Shown here: positions 37,543 through 46,002 of the stretch, in pieces
How positions within the stretch are numbered: position 1 is the first letter of the stretch
How the letters are laid out: the number at the start of each line of letters is the position of its first letter
Assembly (NCBI GenBank): GCA_963674745.2
Contig: CAXXDV010000003.1
Span: 1,888,001-1,952,000, forward strand
Source: Desulfosudaceae bacterium
GTDB lineage: Bacteria > Desulfobacterota > Desulfobacteria > Desulfobacterales > Desulfosudaceae
Length of the DNA: 64,000 nt
Direction of reading: 5' to 3'
Position numbers and translations under genes: made by a program
The notes under the pieces: generated by a model
Seen by the model: only the letters and a program-made list of their open reading frames with translations
Database searches by the model: none
Told to the model about the DNA's origin: nothing

Positions 37543-39120
37543 GTGCCTGTAATATACCCTGTCGCAGGCGGCAAGGGCGGTATTGGAAAAAGCTTTATTA
37601 CCGCTAACCTCGGATACCTGCTGGCAAAAGAGGGGAAAAAGGTGCTTTTAAGCGATTTCGACCTTGGCAGTGCCAACCTTCATTCTATGCTTGGGATGAA
37701 AAACCCGGATACAGGTCTGAGCCATTTTCTGGACAAAACGTCGCCGGATCTGATGGATACGATTGTATCCTGCCAGAACCCCGGGCTTTTTCTGTTGAAC
37801 GCTCAAAAATGCGGTCTGGAAGCCGCCAACCTGCCTTACGCCCAGGTTCAGAAAATTATCAATGCCATTTCCCGATTGTCGTATGACCTTATTCTGCTGG
37901 ACCTGGGTGCCGGCACCCATTTCAATACCCTGGATTTCTTACTGACATCAACAAATGTGATTATGGTCTTTACCCCGGAACCGACCTCAATTGAAAGCGG
38001 TGTCAGATTTATCGAAACGGTTTACTTCAGGGCTTTAAAAAAACTTTTAAAACAACAGCGAATGAATGCGATCCTGAAAAGCACGGGCACACCATTTGCC
38101 CTATCCCTCTCGGAAATTGTGAACACGCTTGTCCGCGAAACGGACGATGACGGTCCGAACCTGCTTCAATGCCTGGGTAATTTTTCTTTCAAACTCATCA
38201 TCAATCAGGCCAGAAGTCAGGACAGCCTGAGTTTTGGCACGGCTTTATTGAAAATGTTTCGGCGTCACTTTTATTCCAGCTTTGAACTGATCGGCATCCT
38301 CGATTATGACGAAAAAATCCTTGATGCCATATCCTCAAAACAACTTTATGCCAAGAAATTCCCTCGTTCCAGAACCACTCATGATCTGACAAAAATCGCA
38401 AAACGTATTGTCTCCGTCAACAATGCGCCTGCACATGCCCCCGTCAGAATTTTTTCCACCCGTAACTATTACGAACTTTTAGACATCCAGCCTGATGCCA
38501 CGTTGAGTGAGGTGCAAAAGGCGCACCAGACCACCCTCGACCTTTACCGGAACAACCCGAAAATTACAGATGCGTTATTCAGCATAAAAGAAATAAACAA
38601 TATCCTGGAAAAAATTGATTCAGCCGCCCAGGTCTTAATTAATCCCAATAAAAGAAGGGAATATGACGCATCTTTATTCATTAACAAACCAGAAAATGAA
38701 AAGAATTACGCTAAATCGGCCGGCAGCAGAGAAACAACTATTGGCAATAATGACGATTTCGACAGAAAGGAGGGTCGTATCCCGTCATTGCAGACAAAAG
38801 CAAAGAAAAATCCTGAAACGCAAAATTTGATAGAAAAGCTCAACAAGCAGCCGGTTATTTCCGGCTGGGATTTAAAAGCACTCCGGACTGCTTCAGGTTT
38901 TACCATTGAAACCATTTTTGAAAAAACCCGGGTCGGCATCTCCATTTTGAAAGACATCGAAGAAGACCGGTTTGACGCTTTACCGCCGATGATCTATCTA
39001 AAAGGTTTCCTGAAAGCATATGCCCGGGAACTCCAACTGCCACCCGGCGCTGTTGTTGATGGATATCTGAAAAATATCGAAAAAAAAGATCGTTACCGGC
39101 CGGAAAGGCCGAACGGTTAA
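37543..39120 (+). CDS. MinD/FlhG-like ATPase fused to J-like and XRE/HTH_25 domains
   Basis: GGKGGIGKS, DLGAG, TPEPTS; NYYELLDI...KRREYD; LKDIEEDRFDALP..YLKGFLKAYA. Confidence 0.85.
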   Translation: MPVIYPVAGGKGGIGKSFITANLGYLLAKEGKKVLLSDFDLGSANLHSMLGMKNPDTGLSHFLDKTSPDLMDTIVSCQNPGLFLLNAQKCGLEAANLPYAQVQKIINAISRLSYDLILLDLGAGTHFNTLDFLLTSTNVIMVFTPEPTSIESGVRFIETVYFRALKKLLKQQRMNAILKSTGTPFALSLSEIVNTLVRETDDDGPNLLQCLGNFSFKLIINQARSQDSLSFGTALLKMFRRHFYSSFELIGILDYDEKILDAISSKQLYAKKFPRSRTTHDLTKIAKRIVSVNNAPAHAPVRIFSTRNYYELLDIQPDATLSEVQKAHQTTLDLYRNNPKITDALFSIKEINNILEKIDSAAQVLINPNKRREYDASLFINKPENEKNYAKSAGSRETTIGNNDDFDRKEGRIPSLQTKAKKNPETQNLIEKLNKQPVISGWDLKALRTASGFTIETIFEKTRVGISILKDIEEDRFDALPPMIYLKGFLKAYARELQLPPGAVVDGYLKNIEKKDRYRPERPNG

Positions 39121-39821
39121 GGCCGCTTCCGGCTTTCGGAAAAGACGGTAGCCTGTTTTGACATACTTTGCTGCTGATACCTGGGCTTTTTAACCATTCG
39201 CTTCAAGTTTTCAAGTGTCTTGTAAGGCGTATTATCAAAGAAGGTGGTCATCAGCCATGCCGGGAAATGCCCACCCACATCCGCATAAACCAGATAAGTC
39301 AATTTCGTTTTATTCCGGTCAAGCATGGTCAGCGTCCATCGGCCTTTCATAAAAGTGACTTTTACCATCGAATCGGTATCCACTAATGTGCCCACATCCC
39401 GGTTAAGGGAATCTTCATCAACCTCAAAATCAATGATAATCTGTTTCTGAGAAGTGTCAGCGGATTTTCGGAAACTGAAAACCGCGTAACGGTCCTGAAA
39501 AGGCCATGGTAAATCAGCAATATTAATAATTGTTTTCCTGCCATCCGCCGTTTCATCAATCAGCCTGGCAAACCGGCAATAGGGGAACCATTCAACAGCA
39601 GCCGGTATATCCCCCATGACAGCCGACACACACAGAATGTCTTCTTCAAGAACCATTTCGGACCGATATTCCCTTATGTCCGTTCCCGAATGAGTTTTCC
39701 TGTATACCCTGATATCATTTTTTTCGACAACCAGTGTCCAATCATCCTCGGCGCAAACAGCCTGCGTCCAGCAGAGAACGATCAGCACCACAAAAAAAAT
39801 GATGTTTGTTTTTATCACCAT
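39117..39821 (-). CDS. secreted START-domain protein
   Basis: signal peptide; W..VVEKNDIRVY, LPWPFQDR and GGHFPAW motifs. Confidence 0.82.
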   Translation of the reverse strand: MVIKTNIIFFVVLIVLCWTQAVCAEDDWTLVVEKNDIRVYRKTHSGTDIREYRSEMVLEEDILCVSAVMGDIPAAVEWFPYCRFARLIDETADGRKTIINIADLPWPFQDRYAVFSFRKSADTSQKQIIIDFEVDEDSLNRDVGTLVDTDSMVKVTFMKGRWTLTMLDRNKTKLTYLVYADVGGHFPAWLMTTFFDNTPYKTLENLKRMVKKPRYQQQSMSKQATVFSESRKRP

Positions 39822-40122
39822 AAAAATGTTTCCCATTAAAAAAAAGCGTAATTTTAAAAATATATCATCAGAGAACAAAACAAGTCAAAATGATATATAA
39901 AAAATTCGAAATATCGTTTTTTATGATGTAACCGGCATTGAAAAATATGGTTCATTTCCCGATTAGTGGTAGTAAACAAATTGTATAATGTTCAGTAAAG
40001 TCGATGGGTTTTAAGAAAGAGCCAAAAAACAAAACCCGAACAATTCGGTCTTTGCCCTTTACAAGAAATGTAAATCAGAGTATTTAAGCTGGGACAAACT
40101 TAATTAAACGAATTTTATATAT

Positions 40123-41184
40123 ATGTCCGCACTTTACAGTCTCACCATTATAATTTTTTGCGTTTACCTGCTGATCATCATTTCCAATGATTATTTCATC
40201 AAAAGCCTGGACCGGATTGCGGAAAAGCTGAAGCTTTCCCCCAGCGTGGCCGGCGCCACACTCATGGCGGCCGGTTCATCGGCACCGGAACTTTCCATCG
40301 CCCTGTTCGCCCTGTTTACGCACGGCGGCGTTCACAGTGATGTGGGTATCGGAACGATTGTCGGCTCTGCTGTCTTTAACATTCTTGTCATCACCGGTCT
40401 GTCCGCAATCGTCAGAACTGCTGAAGTCACCATCAGCGCCATCCTTCGCGATACAGCCTTTTACCTGGCCAGTATCATTGCTTTACTGGTGGTTTTTATT
40501 GATGGTCGGATCACCGCTTATGAACCTTTTATTTTATTGGGACTTTACGGTATTTATATGCTGGCGCTTTATTTTATGCCGGGTGATGAATACCTGGAGC
40601 ACCACCCTCCTGCTGACGACAACGTTATTCAGGTCCGGGGTAAGTCCTTGAAAAACATCCTGATCCGGCTTGACCGTTACCTTAAATCCGTCATATCCCT
40701 TTTATCAGGCGACGCCCATCAAAACTATATCAGGGCCTTTACGGTTTCCATTCTCATAATTGTTCTGCTGAGTAAATTCCTGGTTGACCACGCCATTCTT
40801 TTCGCCCAGTCCATTCACCTGCCCCCGGTCATCATTGCCCTGACCATTCTGGCAGCCGGCACATCAGCTCCAGACCTTATCTCTTCAATAATTGTCGTCC
40901 GGCGGGGACATGGCGACATGGCCATTGCCAACGCGGTCGGTTCAAATATATTCGATATCCTCATCGGCCTGGGACTGCCCTGGCTGATAGGCCTCTGGTT
41001 CACAACCCAGGATACAATCATTGTAGGCACGGCCAACCTGATCGAATCCGTGTTTATACTGATCGGCACGGTTCTGCTTCTCTTTGCATTCCTTTTTTTC
41101 AACAAACATCTGGCCAAGTCCCATGGCATATTTTTGTTAATTGTCTATGCCTGCTACGTGGGATGGGTCATGATTTTCTCATGA
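40123..41184 (+). CDS. calcium/sodium antiporter (CaCA family)
   Basis: duplicated alpha repeats AGSSAPE/GSAVFN and AGTSAPD/GSNIFD. Confidence 0.93.
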   Translation: MSALYSLTIIIFCVYLLIIISNDYFIKSLDRIAEKLKLSPSVAGATLMAAGSSAPELSIALFALFTHGGVHSDVGIGTIVGSAVFNILVITGLSAIVRTAEVTISAILRDTAFYLASIIALLVVFIDGRITAYEPFILLGLYGIYMLALYFMPGDEYLEHHPPADDNVIQVRGKSLKNILIRLDRYLKSVISLLSGDAHQNYIRAFTVSILIIVLLSKFLVDHAILFAQSIHLPPVIIALTILAAGTSAPDLISSIIVVRRGHGDMAIANAVGSNIFDILIGLGLPWLIGLWFTTQDTIIVGTANLIESVFILIGTVLLLFAFLFFNKHLAKSHGIFLLIVYACYVGWVMIFS

Positions 41185-41245
41185 TATGAACCGGCACCCA
41201 TATTTACGACCTGCTCTTTTATCTTGCCTGAAATTTGATTTCCAC

Positions 41246-41353
41246 TTTGTCATCCCGGCAAGCGAAACGGAACGCAAGCCGTTATCCAGATTGGACGTGC
41301 GGCTAATCCCGATGGGAACAAGCATAAATGATCAAAGATTATGGAATGACAAA
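41246..41353. repeat. degenerate GTCATTCC...GGAATGAC palindromic element
   Basis: termini TTTGTCATCCC and GGAATGACAAA (10/11 inverted). Confidence 0.45.
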
Positions 41354-41464
41354 TACCGGATACGAAAACCCGAAAAAATTGACAACTATTTAGAATTAAA
41401 TTATAATTGTTTGATCATATGGCATTTACAATAAAAGTCACTCAATCCATTAAAAGGACAGGCC

Positions 41465-41782
41465 ATGAAACGAAAAAAAACCAAACGAATCCTATGTATA
41501 TTGGTGTTGTTTGTTCTCACCGTCAACCTGTGCCCGGCAGTCCTGGCTGAACAGGTTCGAAGTCCGGTCCAGAAAACCCTGGACACCCCGACGCCGACAG
41601 ATACGTTTATCGACGCCCTCTTTTACAGACCCGTGGGGCTGGCGCTGATTCCCATCGGTGCGGCGGTGTTTATTATCTCCCTGCCCTTTTCGGCAACCGG
41701 GGGGAATGTGCCCACCGCTTTTAACAACCTGGTTACGGCTCCGGCCAAATACACCTTTTGCCGGCCGCTGGGGGAAATTTAA
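41465..41782 (+). CDS. small exported/membrane hypothetical protein
   Basis: signal peptide; D..FYRPVG...SLPFS..GG...P..YTF.RPLG pattern. Confidence 0.75.
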   Translation: MKRKKTKRILCILVLFVLTVNLCPAVLAEQVRSPVQKTLDTPTPTDTFIDALFYRPVGLALIPIGAAVFIISLPFSATGGNVPTAFNNLVTAPAKYTFCRPLGEI

Positions 41783-41832
41783 CGCAGATGTTGCCAGGGT
41801 CCCGGGTTCAACCCCCTCTTTAAAAGTTCGGG

Positions 41833-42954
41833 TCAGCCTGCCTGCCGTTCAGCGACCGCTTTTACGATCACACCAAGGTTCACCCCTGACCGCTGTATAA
41901 CCCGGCGGCATCGGGCAAACAACAACCCTGAAGCATTGGCGTTTCTCCCGGCCGATTCCCGCCCCAGCACGATCATTGCCGGGAGCAAGGTTTCCTTTAA
42001 CAACATCAGCTTGTCATGTCGTGACGCAAGGCAATTCATCCACAATATATTGCCCCAGTCTCCGATCGAACGGCCCCGTGATCTGAAGCCCAGCAAAGCC
42101 TGTTCAATACCGGAAATACTCATCTCGGAATGACAAAGCCGTGAACCTCCCGGAGGCTGAAAACAGAACATCCTGCCGAGCAGAAAAAAAGCATAGGACA
42201 ATGGTTTCTCCTGTTGAAACAAAAGAGCCCTGTCGTCCAGGCTTTTCCAGAATCCCGCGTCCCTGCCCCTGACAATCAAAAAAAAATCGACCAGCCAGAC
42301 CAGTTTTGAAAATGAATGCTTGATCATATGATGGGCCATATAGATTAAATGGGTAAATTCGTCGGGCACCCGCACAAGAGAAAACTCTTCACCCCAGGGG
42401 AGGGATTGGTTAAATATCTGTCGCTGATGCACAGGAAACAAGGCCTGCCTGCTTTTAATGCGCGATGTATGCATCAAACTGGTGTGCACATCGATCCGGA
42501 CATCATCTTTGTGAAACATCTGGGGGAACCGATGATCTGTTTTATAGCCGTTTTGTTTTAAAACTTCTTTCAGGCCCGACAAATCTTCTTTGCGGACCAG
42601 GAGATCAATGTCCTCCATGGGTCGTAGACCCGGGTCTGCATAAACGGTATCAAGTAAAGCCGCGCCTTTGAGCAGCACCACAGATATGTTTTCTGAGGCA
42701 AGAAGAGACTCAAGGATTTTAAGGTGCTCCCTTCTGAGGGTGTTCATCGCAAGCGTGGAATAATAGGCCTGTTCCAGAAAATGAAAGACGTCAGCAGGAA
42801 TGCCGTCCTGATTCGCCATCAAGCGATAGGCCAACCCCTGGAGCTGTTGTTGCGATAAAAACCGGGTAAACCCGTCCCAGGACTCGGGTGGCCTTGCGGG
42901 TTGATGCAGTAAAAGAGACAGGAGATAGTTCTGAAAACGTAAATCAGACATCAT
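41833..42954 (-). CDS. nucleotidyltransferase family protein (NTP_transf_5-like)
   Basis: LKGAAL and RPMEDIDLLV (DxD) motifs. Confidence 0.88.
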   Translation of the reverse strand: MMSDLRFQNYLLSLLLHQPARPPESWDGFTRFLSQQQLQGLAYRLMANQDGIPADVFHFLEQAYYSTLAMNTLRREHLKILESLLASENISVVLLKGAALLDTVYADPGLRPMEDIDLLVRKEDLSGLKEVLKQNGYKTDHRFPQMFHKDDVRIDVHTSLMHTSRIKSRQALFPVHQRQIFNQSLPWGEEFSLVRVPDEFTHLIYMAHHMIKHSFSKLVWLVDFFLIVRGRDAGFWKSLDDRALLFQQEKPLSYAFFLLGRMFCFQPPGGSRLCHSEMSISGIEQALLGFRSRGRSIGDWGNILWMNCLASRHDKLMLLKETLLPAMIVLGRESAGRNANASGLLFARCRRVIQRSGVNLGVIVKAVAERQAG

Positions 42955-43475
42955 CTTACCCGTAATCTTTTCAAGACAGCCAGATATTTGACGATCAACG
43001 ATTTGAAGCGATAGTATTGTGCCCGGAAACGGTTCAAGATAATCGACCTGAGGCTAAGCATGTCGATCGAAATTAACCCTTTATGTCCCGGGCGTTCGAC
43101 AGAAACAACTCTGCCAAGACATTGTGCGGCGTCCAGGGGTAAATCCATCATATCCAGGGCATCACCTTTTGTATGCAGGATATTGTTATCACCGCCGGTG
43201 CCGTTGTTTTGAATTCTCAAAAGCCGGTGCAGCGCCATGGTTCCATTATCACGTGTACAAAGAACAACGTCCCCGGTTTTAAGCATTGCCGGGGGCACTT
43301 TCCGGATGGTGGCGATATCCCCGTCTTTAAGAGCGGGTGTCATACTGTCTCCGGTAACACGGACACGCAGATCTTTTCCGCTGGCCAGCAACGCTGATGC
43401 GAGTTCGCTCGACAGCGGATGGGTCTCGCGCGGATTGCCGGTTTCACAGGCATGATATTCATGTATTGAATTCAT
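42951..43475 (-). CDS. S24/S26-family peptidase (Ser-His type)
   Basis: GDSMTP (Ser), GDVV, HRL (His) and KGD; no TM segment. Confidence 0.85.
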   Translation of the reverse strand: MNSIHEYHACETGNPRETHPLSSELASALLASGKDLRVRVTGDSMTPALKDGDIATIRKVPPAMLKTGDVVLCTRDNGTMALHRLLRIQNNGTGGDNNILHTKGDALDMMDLPLDAAQCLGRVVSVERPGHKGLISIDMLSLRSIILNRFRAQYYRFKSLIVKYLAVLKRLRVR

Positions 43476-44370
43476 TGGCGTTCTCTTGAAAAAAATCCGA
43501 GATCGAAGCATCGGCTCGAAACGTCAACTCATAAGCGGGAATCCGGCTTATCAAGTGGTCACAAAAGGCCATCATGGCGGCTGTTTTTTCTTTATCATAC
43601 CAGGGGATGGATAATACCGGCAACAATCTGCCAATCGTGTCCGAAGCGGAAAGTTCGGCCATCCTGTTCTCCGAGCCCTTGGACAAAAAAGCCATTTGCT
43701 TGAGTTCAACGCCCAGATTGACCGCGTGCCCCCCTTCCCCGGGCCACGGCGTCCCGTGCATTTGAAAGGTATGACCGGTTCTGCGGATGACGATGCGGTC
43801 ATCGCTTAACACCGCTCCAGAATTCAGGCCTGACAGATATCCGGCCAGGGTTGTCTTGCCGGCACCTGATTTTCCCGGGAAAACCCATCCCGAATTGTTT
43901 TGCGCCCATCCTGCCGCATGAACGATGACACCTTCATGATGGGCCAGAAAGTTCATCAGCATGATCTGATCCAGCGGATAGGTGACAGGATTAAGCGCCA
44001 GTGACCGCGTCTGTGTATTAATAATGTCACTGCTGCAGAACACAATGACCCGTCCGGCCTTTAAACAAAGCTGCGCCGTCCAGACCGGTTTTGCGAAAGG
44101 CGGGTATTGATCCGTAACATATAATTCGTCTTGACGAGCATAAACAGACCACGAATCCTGGCTGTCAAAAATTCGCTTGCAGCCCGTTAATTCCGGAGCA
44201 GGGTCTGCGGTCAAAATCACTTCGAGGTGTTCCTGATGGGAGCAGACGCGGTCATTATCGTCTAAGACGAACTGCCGGGAAATGTTTTGCGCCCATGCTT
44301 CTGCCGGCAACTTTAAATGACCGGTATCAACCTTCAGGGCCAGGCCTGCTATTGAAAGGATAAGTTTCAA
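43459..44370 (-). CDS. HPr-kinase-related P-loop kinase
   Basis: VHAAG, GKSGAGKTT, LSDD and GTPW motifs. Confidence 0.8.
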   Translation of the reverse strand: MKLILSIAGLALKVDTGHLKLPAEAWAQNISRQFVLDDNDRVCSHQEHLEVILTADPAPELTGCKRIFDSQDSWSVYARQDELYVTDQYPPFAKPVWTAQLCLKAGRVIVFCSSDIINTQTRSLALNPVTYPLDQIMLMNFLAHHEGVIVHAAGWAQNNSGWVFPGKSGAGKTTLAGYLSGLNSGAVLSDDRIVIRRTGHTFQMHGTPWPGEGGHAVNLGVELKQMAFLSKGSENRMAELSASDTIGRLLPVLSIPWYDKEKTAAMMAFCDHLISRIPAYELTFRADASISDFFQENANEFNT

Positions 44371-44384
44371 AGGTTTACTGGCAC

Positions 44385-44576
44385 TTATGATCCGAGGCTG
44401 AAGCAGGCGGAAGGCGCCACGCAGCTGAAGGGCGGTATGGCTGGCTGGCCTTTGCCCCCGGAGCTACTGACGTTTGTTTTGCACCCCACGGCCAGCACCT
44501 CATCGGCGACCAGCTCTATTATCTTGACGTCCGGTTTCTCATAGGGGCGCTTTTTCGGTTCGCTCTTTTCGGACAT
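44385..44576 (-). CDS. putative RiPP precursor peptide (63 aa)
   Basis: leader with YEKP motif; Cys/Ser/Gly-rich core; lies between the rSAM and kinase genes; GAGGGCG RBS. Confidence 0.8.
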   Translation of the reverse strand: MSEKSEPKKRPYEKPDVKIIELVADEVLAVGCKTNVSSSGGKGQPAIPPFSCVAPSACFSLGS

Positions 44577-45678
44577 GTTCGCCCTCGACTGTCATTTGAT
44601 TAACATTTAATTTTTTTCCCATGCAACGGCCGATGCTGCAGAGATATTCTGAAATCTGTGTTTCAACACCCGTGTCCAGCCGGAAAAAAGCGGGACAGTA
44701 ACCGCAATAAGCACGATTTTCACAGGTTTTACATTCAAACTCAAGGGGAATCTTCTTTTTCCTGATGGCCGGAATCCGGTTTTGCCAACCGTCCATAAAA
44801 GATCCCTTCAAAAGATCATACCAGATATCGCTGACCATCAGGCAGGGTTTCAACCGCCCACCCGGGTCTATATGAAAATTAGTAGTGCCCGCACCGCAGT
44901 CATACAGCACATCGGAAAACGGCACCTGCGCCATCCGTTCCGCAAGCGCCCTCCATTCACCTACCATTCTTGAATCAGTCAGATTTTTTTCCGCCACCTC
45001 ATCCGGCGAAACCCGGTATGCAGCTGGAACGCGACTGCCGTCCAGGCAGGGAAATATCATACCGTCAAAACGGAACTTGATGCTGAAATTTTCAGCTACC
45101 TCTCGGATCCCATCAAATTCATGCCGGTTGATTGACATTAAAACAGTCTTCATCCGTGTCTGGACACCGGCATCAACCAATAATCGAATGCCATTCAGCG
45201 CTTTTTCCATCATGCCTGAACGGCGGGTTATCGCTTCATAGGTCGCTTCCGTTGACCCGTAGAAGGAGACCTCCACACAATTGGGCGGATATTCTTGAAA
45301 CAGCTCAATGATACGTTCGTTTATCAGGGAACCGTTGGTAAAAACGGTTACCACCAGTCCTTTTTTTTTCGCGTGGGCATAAAGGTCCGGGAAGTCTTTT
45401 CGCAGCAGGGGTTCCCCGCCGGTAAACAAAAGATATAAACAACCGGCTTCAGTAATTTCATCAATAATCGTAATCCATTGTTCCGTAGTCAGCTCTTGGG
45501 AAGTCTTATCAGGATTGTTTTTATCCGAACCCAGATAGCAATGAACGCAATCAAAGTTACATCGCCGGGTGATTTCAATATCGCCGCTGATCGGGACTCT
45601 GGCCCTCATGACCCGGCGCGCAAAAGCCATAAATGCGGATTCCGCTTCTATGTTCAATCGTTTCGGACAATCCATCAC
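44539..45678 (-). CDS. radical SAM/SPASM-domain peptide maturase
   Basis: CNFDCVHC, TGGEPL; SPASM cysteines CGAG..PC..CKTC..CGYC..C. Confidence 0.92.
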   Translation of the reverse strand: MMDCPKRLNIEAESAFMAFARRVMRARVPISGDIEITRRCNFDCVHCYLGSDKNNPDKTSQELTTEQWITIIDEITEAGCLYLLFTGGEPLLRKDFPDLYAHAKKKGLVVTVFTNGSLINERIIELFQEYPPNCVEVSFYGSTEATYEAITRRSGMMEKALNGIRLLVDAGVQTRMKTVLMSINRHEFDGIREVAENFSIKFRFDGMIFPCLDGSRVPAAYRVSPDEVAEKNLTDSRMVGEWRALAERMAQVPFSDVLYDCGAGTTNFHIDPGGRLKPCLMVSDIWYDLLKGSFMDGWQNRIPAIRKKKIPLEFECKTCENRAYCGYCPAFFRLDTGVETQISEYLCSIGRCMGKKLNVNQMTVEGEHVRKERTEKAPL

Positions 45679-45992
45679 CGCACTTCACATATTAAATCCA
45701 GGTCAATCAACCGGTCGATGAGCTCACAGACATCGTTTCTGGCTACGGACCCGTTAACGGTAAAATTCTCTTCGACCCCATGACAGATTTGGTTTACCCG
45801 GTTTTCCCCGGATAATTGCTCCCACACAAATTCGGCAACCGGATTAAGCATGAATATCCGCTGCATATCAGCCACTTTTCCCCTGATGGGCACCAGGATT
45901 GCCTGACCGGCAATATTGCGGGAAACGATATCGGACTTTTTCTGATAAACACGATCCAGGATTGTTTCCGGGGCAGAACTGTTCATGGGCAT
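45675..45992 (-). CDS. PqqD-family RiPP recognition element
   Basis: SRNIAG.AILVP...LNPVAEFVWE...DVCELIDRL; start at the ATG after AAGGA. Confidence 0.88.
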   Translation of the reverse strand: MPMNSSAPETILDRVYQKKSDIVSRNIAGQAILVPIRGKVADMQRIFMLNPVAEFVWEQLSGENRVNQICHGVEENFTVNGSVARNDVCELIDRLIDLDLICEVR

Positions 45993-46002
45993 CAATCCTT
46001 CT

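Noticed and set aside
44385..44576. Precursor as a lipoprotein (LAVG-C)
   Set aside because: No hydrophobic h-region; the segment before it contains several acidic residues
41833..45992. Lasso peptide or PQQ biosynthesis cluster
   Set aside because: No asparagine-synthetase-like cyclase or B2 protease and no acidic ring residue; no pqqB/C and no ExxxY PqqA motif
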